Below, piece after piece: positions 20,495-30,592 of a DNA stretch of 64,000 nucleotides. The stretch is from a virus. Each line of letters starts with the position of its first letter. Position 1 is the stretch's first letter. The notes below the pieces were generated by a model. The model saw only the letters and a program-made list of their open reading frames with translations. It was not told the DNA's origin and searched no databases. The stretch is from the IMG/VR virus record IMGVR_UViG_3300032294_001228, positions 32,001 to 96,000 of that record; one strand, 5' to 3'. The position numbers and the translations under genes were made by a program.

Positions 20495-23400
20495 ATGGCA
20501 TACCCAATTTGGCTAACTCCTGCAGGTAATCTAGGCATTGTGCCTGAGGCTGAATATTATCAATTCAGTTTGGATGGATATGATACTTCTGGTGGCGCAC
20601 TTAAATATTCTAGAATAAGCGGAACTTTGCCGGTTGGCCTACAAATAACTCCCAGCGGAGTAATTAAAGGTATACCTATTAGTACAGGGGGTCCTGATCT
20701 TAATCAAGAATTTACGTTTACAATTAGATTGCAAAATTTAAGCACTCTAAGAGTAGCAGATCGTACTTTTAATATAACAATTACTAATGTAGCCCCTCCG
20801 ATAATTGTTCCTAAAACTGTAGTTAATTTTTATAATTTAATATTACAGGGTAATATCTCTGCCGCGGAAGGACAATATATTAATCAACAATTTAGCCGTG
20901 CTAATGCTACTGTGTTTAAGACAGTAACCAATAGTTCAGTTATCACTGTTACATATAATACAGAAACACCGTTTACTTTAAATAATGGTAATTTAATTGT
21001 TGTTGACGGAGCAAATTTAACCTTTACAAATGCCTATCCTACTTCCTACACTGTGGTTTCAAGTATTAGCACAAGAGACCTAGGTGAATATTTTGACGGA
21101 CAGGTTTTAAATCTTCAGTTAGAAGCAACAGAATTCATCCTGGGTGGGGACTTAACCTGGACCTTGCGTAGTGGAAGTCTTCCTCCGGGACTAATGCTAA
21201 GTCCATCTGGATTAATCTCTGGTTACATAAAACTAATACCAGCTGTAGGTCCTAGTGGTGATCCAGGTTGGGATGATACCAATTGGGACGGACGTTTTAC
21301 CTTTAACAATGCACCCAGTCAGCTGGGTTGGGATTTTCCCTTAGGTACAATCAGCAAGAATTTTGAATTTACCATTGAGGTTTCAGATGGTAGCCTAACT
21401 GATGCTGTGACCTATAGATTATTTGTTGTGCCAAAACGAGCAACTACCGCAGATAGTACACTGTTAACCGCAGATACTAGCATTATCAATGATGTTAAAT
21501 TTACCGTTGACACTGGTAGTAGACATAACCCTATCATAACCACTACGCAAGACGATATAACTTCTCAAAGGCAGGGAAGTTGGTTTACTTTACAAATCCA
21601 GGCTATTGATTTAGAAGAAGACATACTAAATTTTTCAATTCCTAATTTGAGTGCTGGATCATTTGACGAGCAAGTAGTATCAGGTCAATACCCATACGTG
21701 GGTCGTGCTGAAGTTATAAATGGTAATATTTCTGTAGCTACGAACTGGCCGGGCAATAACACCCCTTATCTTGTTTCAGGCGATCAAATTCAAGTCTTGT
21801 CACCATTTACAGACATTACCAGTGTACAGACATCTTTGGTATGGTATGACGCCACAGTCAATAATCACGGCTCAATGCGTATAGTGGGCAATACCATAAT
21901 CACAGCTAATGTAGGTAATTTTATCAGTCAGAGTATTGGTTCAGCAAACGCAACTGTTACGAATTCTAGCGTAACTACTGGAAATATTACCTTAGACGGT
22001 AGTATCCTATTAGGAACTATAGAAGTAGGCGGTAATTTAATTGTTAGTGCCAATGTTGGTGACTTCTTAACGCAACTTGGATCTACAGGCAATGCTAGAG
22101 TTACTTCTAGTGTAAGTTTCAATTCTTTAATAGACGTCCAATTTAATTCTGGATCATTTGTCATTAATGGCGGCAACTTACAAATAAACGGGGCAAATAT
22201 TTCTAGTTATCCAATTAGTCAAAGTTCATCGTTACAAACAGTGGTCCTAAATGCGAATGTTGGAGATATTATTACTCAATCTTCTACCGGGGCCAATGCC
22301 AGAGTTATCAAAGCTCAGAGTGCATTCAATGATGGCATCATACAACCATTATACTTTGAGGTACAATTTAATTCTGGTAAATTTGCCACAGGAGTAAGTG
22401 CAGGTAATATTAAATTAAATAGCAGTAATGTTGATGTATATCCAACTAGTGTTTATACTCAAGCTGATATTAATTTTATATACAATTCAGGTGAATTTAG
22501 AATTAATCAAATACCTTCTGCTGATAGTATTGTGTATATTGCAGGTCGTAATAGTTTTGCTGTTCCAAGTAAATTTTTAACTGTTGGAGTAGATGTAGAT
22601 CCAAGTCCAAATACTCAAGGTTCAGTGGGCTTTGACGAAGATAAATTTGATCAAGGTGCATTAGCACTACCGGGTACACTGAGTTTAAACTCGCAATCTG
22701 GTTGGATCACTGGGTTTTTACCTACTCAGGTCGCTTACCAACTTTCATATGATTTTGAAGTAATTGTTTATAAGCGTGATTATCCTACCTATCAAACAAG
22801 TCAGTTATTTTCTATCACAGTTTTAGGCGACCTGTATAATACAATTGAGTGGGTAACACCTAGTTTTCTTGGTGAGATACAAAATGGCTCAGTCAGTGAT
22901 CTAAGTGTTTTAGCTATTAATCCCCAAGGTAGGCAAATTTATTATTACTACACCCCTGGCTCCTATCTAAATCAGGTTCAGGGATTAAGACTAGAACCAG
23001 ACGGACTACTTAGTGGTCGAGCAAGTTTCCAGTTGTTTAAACTAGATGGGGGCACAACAATATTTGACGGTGACTTTTTTACAGGTGAACCTACTACTAC
23101 GTTCGATCATACATTTGAATTTTCAATTACCGCCCAGACATTTGATCAAACTACTAGTTCAAATAGAATTTTCAGAGTATTAGTACGTGAAAGAAATTCA
23201 AGACCATATGAAAACTTATATCTAAAAGCCATTTTAAATAAGTATCAACGATTAGAATTCAGAGATGTTATTCAAAATCAAAGTGTGTTTCCATCCGATT
23301 TAATCTACAGATCAACTGATCCTTGGTTTGGCGTGGCCAGAGATTTAAGAATGTTATTTTTACCAGGATTAAATCCTAGTACGTTAGGCGAATATGCTGC

Positions 23401-24961
23401 CGCCATTGAAACAAATCATTTTAGAAAAAGACTATTGTTTAGTGAAGTTAAAACAGCAGTAGCACGTCGTGATGGCGTATACGATGTAATAGAAACAGCG
23501 ACTGGGGATGTAATAGGTACTTATAACATTTACAACACGGTTTTCATTCCTACTGATTTTAGTAGAGGATACACAGTGGCCAACGTTATCCCTAGCGATA
23601 CATCTATAGGTGATCAAACTATTAAATATGAAGTGGTTTATGCAGAAATAAAAGACGAAAACACCAACAGTTTAGGTCAAGGTCCAGCCGATGTAATAGA
23701 TCTAAACGGAGTCATACGAAATCCATATCTGGTAGGAGGTAATTCTTATGTAATTGCAACTCCCAATGCATTTACTAATATGGACAATGCTGTGGTTAAT
23801 AACATTGGTTATCAGGATAAAGGTGTATTACCTGATTGGATGACTAGTATCCAACCAAATGGCACACAACTAGGATTTGTACGTGCAGCTGTGTTGGCTT
23901 ATGTTCAGCCTGGAGCAGGAAAGACTGTAGCTTGGAGATTTAATGAATTAGGATATAACCTAAACGAGATTAATTTTACGGTTGATCGTTATTATCTTGA
24001 CAATGTTTACACTAGTAATTTCGACATCTCTGCAAATACATTCATCAGCAGTAGAGAAACCACATTTGATAGATATCCTGCCTTACCAACTTCCTTTAAT
24101 AATATTGCCAGTGTTGACTATGCTGTTGATATTCCGTTCCAAGAAATCAATGAGCGTACTGTTGGGCAAATAGGTCTCAATGGCGGATTAGATGGTATTA
24201 CTTCCTTCCGTAACGGTGAACGGTTAATTTTCTTTAGTCAAGAATTCCAGACTGCTGTCGATATCAGTGACAACTATAATCAAGGTTGGACCTATAGTAT
24301 AGATCCTTGGGACGATCCTGGAACATGGGACTTTGATTTTGCATGGGATCCAGCAACTTATGTACCTGGCTATAGAGAATGGTTGGCTAGTAGACAATTT
24401 ATCGACAGCAACGAGTTATTTTCAGTACCTAATCAACGTATAGCTATATGGCAAATTAATATAGATGGAAATAATTATGTTAGATTGACATTGGCCAATG
24501 TGACTACTACAGTTTCTTCAATATCTGCTAATACCACTGGTTTTGGTAGTAATGTAAGATTGTCTAGCACAGAAAATTTATTTGTAGGCATGCCAGCCAG
24601 AGCCAATGGTCTAGCAAATACCACAGTTATCACCGACATAGTAGGCGCAAACGTTGTACTGTATCCGGCACCATCTGGAGGTATTAGTAGTACAATAACA
24701 TTTATACCAACACCAAATTACAATGATGTTGTATACGTAAGAAACGGAACTTCGCACGGTGGAGTTAACGTTTACTACAACCCAATTATTCCTTCAGGAA
24801 ATATTGTTCCTGGTTGGAGCGAAATTCCGCAAGAAATCAAAACAGTTGGTACTACGTTTGATGGTGACGGAACTAAATTCTACGACTATAGAGACAACTA
24901 TGTAATACCTCAACAAGGTGAAAAACAGGTTGTGTTTCCTCGTCAGAATGTTTTTATATAA
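20495..24961 (+). CDS. Large virion structural protein (putative Ig-like repeats; baseplate-associated)
   Basis: 1488 aa; SG.LP.GL....SG.I.G He_PIG-like units; TTFD motifs. Confidence 0.7.
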   Translation: MAYPIWLTPAGNLGIVPEAEYYQFSLDGYDTSGGALKYSRISGTLPVGLQITPSGVIKGIPISTGGPDLNQEFTFTIRLQNLSTLRVADRTFNITITNVAPPIIVPKTVVNFYNLILQGNISAAEGQYINQQFSRANATVFKTVTNSSVITVTYNTETPFTLNNGNLIVVDGANLTFTNAYPTSYTVVSSISTRDLGEYFDGQVLNLQLEATEFILGGDLTWTLRSGSLPPGLMLSPSGLISGYIKLIPAVGPSGDPGWDDTNWDGRFTFNNAPSQLGWDFPLGTISKNFEFTIEVSDGSLTDAVTYRLFVVPKRATTADSTLLTADTSIINDVKFTVDTGSRHNPIITTTQDDITSQRQGSWFTLQIQAIDLEEDILNFSIPNLSAGSFDEQVVSGQYPYVGRAEVINGNISVATNWPGNNTPYLVSGDQIQVLSPFTDITSVQTSLVWYDATVNNHGSMRIVGNTIITANVGNFISQSIGSANATVTNSSVTTGNITLDGSILLGTIEVGGNLIVSANVGDFLTQLGSTGNARVTSSVSFNSLIDVQFNSGSFVINGGNLQINGANISSYPISQSSSLQTVVLNANVGDIITQSSTGANARVIKAQSAFNDGIIQPLYFEVQFNSGKFATGVSAGNIKLNSSNVDVYPTSVYTQADINFIYNSGEFRINQIPSADSIVYIAGRNSFAVPSKFLTVGVDVDPSPNTQGSVGFDEDKFDQGALALPGTLSLNSQSGWITGFLPTQVAYQLSYDFEVIVYKRDYPTYQTSQLFSITVLGDLYNTIEWVTPSFLGEIQNGSVSDLSVLAINPQGRQIYYYYTPGSYLNQVQGLRLEPDGLLSGRASFQLFKLDGGTTIFDGDFFTGEPTTTFDHTFEFSITAQTFDQTTSSNRIFRVLVRERNSRPYENLYLKAILNKYQRLEFRDVIQNQSVFPSDLIYRSTDPWFGVARDLRMLFLPGLNPSTLGEYAAAIETNHFRKRLLFSEVKTAVARRDGVYDVIETATGDVIGTYNIYNTVFIPTDFSRGYTVANVIPSDTSIGDQTIKYEVVYAEIKDENTNSLGQGPADVIDLNGVIRNPYLVGGNSYVIATPNAFTNMDNAVVNNIGYQDKGVLPDWMTSIQPNGTQLGFVRAAVLAYVQPGAGKTVAWRFNELGYNLNEINFTVDRYYLDNVYTSNFDISANTFISSRETTFDRYPALPTSFNNIASVDYAVDIPFQEINERTVGQIGLNGGLDGITSFRNGERLIFFSQEFQTAVDISDNYNQGWTYSIDPWDDPGTWDFDFAWDPATYVPGYREWLASRQFIDSNELFSVPNQRIAIWQINIDGNNYVRLTLANVTTTVSSISANTTGFGSNVRLSSTENLFVGMPARANGLANTTVITDIVGANVVLYPAPSGGISSTITFIPTPNYNDVVYVRNGTSHGGVNVYYNPIIPSGNIVPGWSEIPQEIKTVGTTFDGDGTKFYDYRDNYVIPQQGEKQVVFPRQNVFI

Positions 24962-24971
24962 AATTTTAGTT

Positions 24972-24997
24972 ATAAATACACTTGTACTAGATAAATA
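24972..24997 (+). promoter_or_regulatory. Tandem late promoter motifs
   Basis: ATAAATA at 24972-24978 and 24991-24997. Confidence 0.65.
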
Positions 24998-25021
24998 ACT
25001 ACATATTTGAGAGACTTATAA

Positions 25022-25918
25022 ATGAGTAATATTAACCCACAAAACATTGATGGAAGTTTTCCTATAGCAGGCCAAGATAATAACAGCCAGGGTTTTAGAG
25101 ATAACTTTACCAACACAATTAATAATTTTACCTTTGCTGCCGCTGAGTTAACTGATCTTCAGACTTATGCGGTGTTAAAAGGACCATTAGGTTCTGTTGG
25201 GCAAACTGGTACTCCTATCAATGACATGAATTATGCTTTTATTACAGCACCACAGTTAGTAGAAGCAGTTGAAACTATTAACCAAATTGGTAATGTTTCA
25301 GTAGGCGGTAGCCAGACCATAGATTGGACAGACGGGCATTTCCAAACACTCAGCGTTACAGGATCTGCCACACTAAGTTTTGCTAGTACTTGGCCACCAA
25401 CTAATCATTGGACTAAATTAAGATTACGTATACTTTCATACGGTAGTACTGCACTTACTTTTCCAGCAACAGTTACAGAAAATATCGCAAGTATTAATGG
25501 ATTTGTCAGCGGCACAACTGTTAATTTAAGCGCAGGTATACATGAATACGAATTAACTACCTACAACAACGGTAGTATCGTGGCTATTCATGATTTGATG
25601 TCTAATCTAGGTCCGGTTTTACAACAATTAAGACCAACAGCTAACGTAGCTATTACAGCTAATATCGGAACAGATCGATTATTGATTACTCCGACACCAA
25701 GTGGTGGTATTACTAGTTTCTTCCTTGATGTAACATTACCAAATGTTCAAACAAATGGCGCAACGATTTCTATTTCATCAAACGTAGCCGTTGGAACATT
25801 TAGAGCGTTGCCAAGTTACACCAGCAGTGTTTCACCTAGTGCTAATACAACTATTGCCGCTGGATCATCAGTTAGTTACGTTTACGTATCAGCTGACAAC
25901 AGATGGTATAGAGTATAA
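25022..25918 (+). CDS. Virion structural protein
   Basis: MSNINPQNIDGSFPIAGQDNNSQGFRDNF N-terminus; C-terminal domain paralogous to 19905-20486. Confidence 0.7.
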   Translation: MSNINPQNIDGSFPIAGQDNNSQGFRDNFTNTINNFTFAAAELTDLQTYAVLKGPLGSVGQTGTPINDMNYAFITAPQLVEAVETINQIGNVSVGGSQTIDWTDGHFQTLSVTGSATLSFASTWPPTNHWTKLRLRILSYGSTALTFPATVTENIASINGFVSGTTVNLSAGIHEYELTTYNNGSIVAIHDLMSNLGPVLQQLRPTANVAITANIGTDRLLITPTPSGGITSFFLDVTLPNVQTNGATISISSNVAVGTFRALPSYTSSVSPSANTTIAAGSSVSYVYVSADNRWYRV

Positions 25919-25943
25919 TTAGGTTAATCTTTAACCAAAATCA

Positions 25944-25988
25944 TTGACTCCTTATATAAACTAGCGTATAGTTAGTTATATAAGGAGT
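25944..25988 (+). promoter_or_regulatory. Sigma70 promoter embedded in a 13-bp inverted repeat covering the next RBS
   Basis: TTGACT-17-TATAGT; arms ACTCCTTATATAA (25947-25959) and TTATATAAGGAGT (25976-25988). Confidence 0.7.
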
Positions 25989-25996
25989 TTTCTTTT

Positions 25997-26431
25997 ATGC
26001 AAATCGATTTAAACAAATATCAAGAATTTGTCAAGATAGTAACCAGCGAGCCTAGTAACGATCTAACTACATTCATGAACCGGTGTGATGAACTGGATGC
26101 CAATTATGATGGTAGTACACAAACACATGGCCCGGATATCAACGTACCATTACTATTAACAGCCTGTTTAGGCTTAGCTGCCGAATCGGGCGAATTTTGC
26201 GAAATTCCAAAGAAAATGTTTTTCCAAAGTAAACCACTTAACGAAGAAAACGTGTTTCACATGAAACGTGAGTTAGGTGATATCATGTGGTATTGGGTTA
26301 ATGCTTGTCGTGCGCTAAATCTAGATCCTAATGATGTTATCGCTGAAAATGTCAACAAACTCAAAGCCAGATATCCGGGCGGTGAATTTGATGCTTATTA
26401 TAGCGAAAATAGAAAAGCAGGAGACTTATAA
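25997..26431 (+). CDS. mazG: MazG-like NTP pyrophosphohydrolase
   Basis: GLAAESGEFCE..KK...ELGDIMWY...NVNKLKARYP. Confidence 0.88.
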   Translation: MQIDLNKYQEFVKIVTSEPSNDLTTFMNRCDELDANYDGSTQTHGPDINVPLLLTACLGLAAESGEFCEIPKKMFFQSKPLNEENVFHMKRELGDIMWYWVNACRALNLDPNDVIAENVNKLKARYPGGEFDAYYSENRKAGDL

Positions 26432-26682
26432 TGCACCCATTGGCTCCAGATCTTGTGGGATTAAGCGATGAAGAATTGCATAAAAAACGCAGTGAGCTAC
26501 AGGGTCGATTGAATTATGCTTATCGTATTGGTAGTACAGATATGGTAAATCAGTTACAATTATTGTTACAAGATTATGCCATAGAAGTAGAGAGACGAAA
26601 CCAAAAAATGCTAGATGATGCACAAAAGGCTGGTAGGATAAGTAAACCTGGTGATGATACAGCCAAGGATATTACTAGTTGA
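26431..26682 (+). CDS. Hypothetical protein
   Basis: TAATG coupling; helical. Confidence 0.65.
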   Translation: MHPLAPDLVGLSDEELHKKRSELQGRLNYAYRIGSTDMVNQLQLLLQDYAIEVERRNQKMLDDAQKAGRISKPGDDTAKDITS

Positions 26683-27191
26683 AATACGATCAATACGGAC
26701 AGGCCTATACAGATAGTAACGAATTGTGTAACTTACTGTATAAAAACCCTACGCTAGATATCAGCAGATTCCAAGTTGAAGACAGCCTAGAATATAATCG
26801 CAGTGTAGCAGAACTACATGCTGAATTGGACCTATTAGACAGTTATCACGAAATTACCCAAACAGTAGAAGAATTTGATAATACACTACAAAAAAACTGG
26901 CACATGCCCAAAGAATATAAGGATTTAGACATCGCTGCGTATGTATTAGGATTATGTCGAGAAGAACACGAATTACAACGTGTAGGTCAAGAATTATTGC
27001 TGTATCAGGAACGTGATCTATTTGATCTATTACGTTATTTGAAATATTTGGTAGATACATTACGTAAGAATAACGTAGTTTGGGGTGTGGGTCGTGGTAG
27101 TAGTGTAGCTAGTTATGTGCTGTTCTTATTGGGCGTACATAAGATCGACAGTCTATACTATAATTTAGACATCACCGAATTCTTGAAATAA
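26679..27191 (+). CDS. DNA polymerase III alpha (DnaE)-like fragment
   Basis: RV.QEL...WGVGRGSSVASYVLFLLGVHKID...EFLK matches the DnaE GRGS region; stops before the catalytic PDxD motif. Confidence 0.8.
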   Translation: MKYDQYGQAYTDSNELCNLLYKNPTLDISRFQVEDSLEYNRSVAELHAELDLLDSYHEITQTVEEFDNTLQKNWHMPKEYKDLDIAAYVLGLCREEHELQRVGQELLLYQERDLFDLLRYLKYLVDTLRKNNVVWGVGRGSSVASYVLFLLGVHKIDSLYYNLDITEFLK

Positions 27192-27194
27192 ATA
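27188..27194 (+). promoter_or_regulatory. Late promoter motif ATAAATA
   Basis: 23 nt before ATG 27218. Confidence 0.6.
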
Positions 27195-27217
27195 CGCATA
27201 TAATAGGAGAAACACAA

Positions 27218-27661
27218 ATGGCAGCACAACATAGATCAGCCCGCGGCATACCAGTAGATATGGATAGATTACGTTTAGCTAACGAAACTTCTATTGCTGT
27301 GGGAAATATGAAAGTAAACGCTCGAGGTGATCAACTAGGACCCGGTGGCAAGATTGTTAAAACACGTGCCCAAATACTAGCAGAAAAAAATAAATTGTAT
27401 GGTTCTTTAGCAGACGACACTCCTGTGCTTGAAAGCATACCGGAAGAGCAGGCACTTCCAGATTTTACTATTCCCTCTAACAATATTGTGCAACAACCTG
27501 CACAGGATACACCTGTGGCAGAAACAGCTGGGTCACCTGTAAAACCCAGAGGAAGTTTTGCTGAAAGTTTGGCCAAGGAAACGGTAGTTGAACAAGAATT
27601 GTTAAATCCAAAAGAAGTTTTAAATACTCCTGCAAATCAACCAGGTATTAAAAGAATCTAA
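27218..27661 (+). CDS. Hypothetical protein
   Basis: AVGNMKVNARGD.LGPGG N-domain; AGGAG RBS. Confidence 0.7.
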   Translation: MAAQHRSARGIPVDMDRLRLANETSIAVGNMKVNARGDQLGPGGKIVKTRAQILAEKNKLYGSLADDTPVLESIPEEQALPDFTIPSNNIVQQPAQDTPVAETAGSPVKPRGSFAESLAKETVVEQELLNPKEVLNTPANQPGIKRI

Positions 27662-27670
27662 GAGGTCACT

Positions 27671-28027
27671 ATGTCATCAGCATATGAAGCTAAACAAATT
27701 AAATCTATCAGACCATTACATGATCATGTGTTAATAACAGACATGAATTTTAAAGAGCGTGTGACATCAACTGGTATTATTATTCGAAGCACAGATGGTA
27801 AATTAGAAGGTATACATGCCCGTTGGGGCCGCGTTTATGCTGTGGGCAAGGATCAAAAAGATGTGCGTCCAGGGCAGTACATATTAGTTAAACATGGTCG
27901 CTGGACTCGCGGTACGCTAATCGAAGATCAAGAAGGTGAGAAGACTATTCGCCGTATTGATGACGCTGATATTCTTCTAGTCAGCGACGAGCCCATGCAG
28001 GACGAAACTATCGGTCAAGGTCTATAA
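27671..28027 (+). CDS. Divergent GroES-like co-chaperonin
   Basis: IRPLHDHVLI...TSTGIII...GRVYAVG....V.PG..ILV. Confidence 0.8.
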   Translation: MSSAYEAKQIKSIRPLHDHVLITDMNFKERVTSTGIIIRSTDGKLEGIHARWGRVYAVGKDQKDVRPGQYILVKHGRWTRGTLIEDQEGEKTIRRIDDADILLVSDEPMQDETIGQGL

Positions 28028-28258
28028 TTGGAAGAAGAAGTAAAATACGTTCCCCACGAAGTAGTAAGCGCAATCAGAGAACTAGCACGAAATGCCAGCA
28101 GTCCATATTCTGATGGCTTTAGTGCCTGTGCTTATAAACACGATCTCTATATATTAAAATGTTTTATAGAAGACATGTATAAAAGCTGCCCAGATTTTCC
28201 TCAACAGGAACGAGAATGGGAACAGGCAAGACTAATGGAGATATTGAAAAGAAAATGA
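28028..28258 (+). CDS. Hypothetical protein
   Basis: In-operon ORF, TTG start. Confidence 0.55.
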   Translation: MEEEVKYVPHEVVSAIRELARNASSPYSDGFSACAYKHDLYILKCFIEDMYKSCPDFPQQEREWEQARLMEILKRK

Positions 28259-28332
28259 AGATATTGGCCTTGATTGTTCTTATAATCTTTGTTATAATAG
28301 TGTTATTAAATATTGGCAAGGATAGAAAATGA
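28255..28332 (+). CDS. Tiny membrane peptide, 25 aa (not in ORF track)
   Basis: MKILALIVLIIFVIIVLLNIGKDRK; ATGA overlaps at both ends. Confidence 0.5.
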   Translation: MKILALIVLIIFVIIVLLNIGKDRK

Positions 28333-29252
28333 AACAACTTTGGGTAGAACAGTATCGTCCAAAAACCTTAGATGGGTATGTATTCCAAGATGATAGTATG
28401 CGTGAACAAGTGCAAAGCTGGATTCGTGCAGGCACTATTCCGCATTTACTATTACATGGTGGTCCTGGCACAGGTAAAACAACCTTAGCAAAGATGCTGA
28501 TTAACGAATTAGGCGTTGACGAATACGACGTACTATTTGCTAACGGAAGTAAAGAAGCACGTAAGATTGAGTGGGTTGATAAGTTAATTAGTTTCTGTCA
28601 GACAATGCCATTTGGTCAATTTAAAATTGTGCTAATTGACGAAGCAGACTATATGAATGCTGTAAGTGTTCAACCAGCACTGCGTAATCTGATGGAAGAA
28701 TACAGCGATACAGTTCGTTTTATCCTTACCTGTAACTATCCAAATAAAATCTTACCGCCAATACACAGTCGGTGTCAAAGTATTCATGTCAACAAAGCAG
28801 ATCATACAGAGTTCACAGCACGTGTAGCAACTGTGTTGGTAGCAGAAGGTGTTGAGTTTGATCTAGATACACTAGACAACTATGTACGTGCTACCTATCC
28901 AGATCTGCGCAAGTGTTTAAATCTTACGCAACAAAACTCAACAGAAGGCAAGTTACGTAGTCCTAAAGAAGGTGACAAAGCAGTGGGTGATTGGAAACTT
29001 GACTGTGTAGCACTGTTCAAATCAGGTAAGATTCGTGAAGCACGTAAACTTCTATGTGAACAAGCTGAAGCAGAAGAAATGGATGGTGTGTTTCGCTGGA
29101 TGTATGATAACTTAGATCTTTGGAGTAAAACAACAGAAGGACAAGACGAAGCTGTTGTTATTATACGCAAAGGTCTAGTTAATCACAGCATGGTTGCTGA
29201 TGCTGAAATTAATCTAAGTGCTACACTAGTGGAGTTAAGTCAAATTGGCTAA
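28329..29252 (+). CDS. Clamp loader AAA+ subunit (T4 gp44/RFC-like)
   Basis: LWVEQYRP, GGPGTGKTT, IDEAD, SRC. Confidence 0.93.
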   Translation: MKQLWVEQYRPKTLDGYVFQDDSMREQVQSWIRAGTIPHLLLHGGPGTGKTTLAKMLINELGVDEYDVLFANGSKEARKIEWVDKLISFCQTMPFGQFKIVLIDEADYMNAVSVQPALRNLMEEYSDTVRFILTCNYPNKILPPIHSRCQSIHVNKADHTEFTARVATVLVAEGVEFDLDTLDNYVRATYPDLRKCLNLTQQNSTEGKLRSPKEGDKAVGDWKLDCVALFKSGKIREARKLLCEQAEAEEMDGVFRWMYDNLDLWSKTTEGQDEAVVIIRKGLVNHSMVADAEINLSATLVELSQIG

Positions 29253-29562
29253 ATTAGACATTTACTTATTAGCTACCTATGTAGCCCGACCTAAAAATCC
29301 TCGTCAGACTAGCCGTGCTGGATACATCACCAATCCAGATAATATACAATACGATGAAAATTTAGAAATCGTCCGAGGTTGGCGTGATCGATACATGAAA
29401 TACAGTGTAGTATTAGATCTTACTAACGAAAAAGTTGTTAAGAATAGTTTTCATAATGGTAAGACTTTTGAAGAGTTATTCACACACTATCACGAAGGTT
29501 TTGGTGAATATATCGAACAAACGGTTAATGATTTAAATGCGTCGCTCCAGCTTAAAGGATAG
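29245..29562 (+). CDS. Hypothetical protein
   Basis: In-operon ORF. Confidence 0.6.
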   Translation: MAKLDIYLLATYVARPKNPRQTSRAGYITNPDNIQYDENLEIVRGWRDRYMKYSVVLDLTNEKVVKNSFHNGKTFEELFTHYHEGFGEYIEQTVNDLNASLQLKG

Positions 29563-29857
29563 TGGCTCCCGCGGGTGGTTTATAGGTGACTTTGATGGTG
29601 CCGTGCATCGCACCAAAGACTTTGAAGTAACTTATCAGAAGAATCCGCGCGGTCAAACTGCCAGTCATATCCACAAACTAGCCTATGAGATTACCTTGGT
29701 TATCAGTGGACGCCAGATCTGCAATGGTCAGATGTTTGCCGCAGGAGACATCTGCATCTTAGAACCCGGCGATATCAGCCAAATTGAATATCTTGAAGAA
29801 ACAGAAGTTGTTACTATTAAAACCCCTAGTGTTCCTTCAGATAAGCACTACCTTTAG
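29537..29857 (+). CDS. Cupin-fold protein
   Basis: GWFIGDF...HIHK...EITLVISG...GDICILEPG. Confidence 0.7.
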   Translation: MRRSSLKDSGSRGWFIGDFDGAVHRTKDFEVTYQKNPRGQTASHIHKLAYEITLVISGRQICNGQMFAAGDICILEPGDISQIEYLEETEVVTIKTPSVPSDKHYL

Positions 29858-30592
29858 TTAAATTTCACCATAGATCGATAGGATCTCCCTTACCGCTGGA
29901 TGTCTTGCGATATCTCTCTGATTAAATTCAACACCGGCTACATACTTACTCTGTTGGTATGCTTCAACAAGACCTTTGAAGTCTAGTAAGCCATTGTCCT
30001 TATCACAACGGTCTGCCTGACGTGTATCACCTGTTACAACAATCTTAGAACCTTCACCGAGTCGCGTTAGGAGCATCTTTATCTGTCCAGGAGTGGCATT
30101 TTGCATTTCATCTGCAACGACCCAAGCCTCCTTAAATGTGCGACCTCTCATATATGCTAGTGGAGCTATCTCAATCACTTGTTCATCTAGCATACGGGCT
30201 ACATCTCTAGGACTGTAATACTCTTGGATCACATCAAAGAGTGGTCTAGTCCATGGTTCCATTTTTGCTGTTATATTGCCTGGTAGGAAGCCGTGCTTCT
30301 CATCGTCCACTCCTACCGCTGGACGTGTTAGGATAATTTTACTCACTGTGCCTTCTTTGAAAGCCTTAACACCTGCTTGCATGGCCAACATGGTTTTACC
30401 AGTACCAGCTGGTCCTGTAGCAAATACAATGTGTTTAGTGGAATCTGTTAGTAATTCGATATATGTTTCTTGGTTTAGGCTTTTTGGAATTAGTGTTACT
30501 GTCTTTCTCTGTTGAACGTATTGGTTAAAACTAAGTGTGTTGTTTACTTCTACTGCTGCTAAGTGTCTACTGCTAGTTCTACGTTTTGACAT
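29858..30592 (-). CDS. phoH: PhoH-like ATPase
   Basis: GPAGTGKT, GFLPG, YMRGRTF, DEMQN, TGD..Q.D. Confidence 0.95.
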   Translation of the reverse strand: MSKRRTSSRHLAAVEVNNTLSFNQYVQQRKTVTLIPKSLNQETYIELLTDSTKHIVFATGPAGTGKTMLAMQAGVKAFKEGTVSKIILTRPAVGVDDEKHGFLPGNITAKMEPWTRPLFDVIQEYYSPRDVARMLDEQVIEIAPLAYMRGRTFKEAWVVADEMQNATPGQIKMLLTRLGEGSKIVVTGDTRQADRCDKDNGLLDFKGLVEAYQQSKYVAGVEFNQRDIARHPAVREILSIYGEI

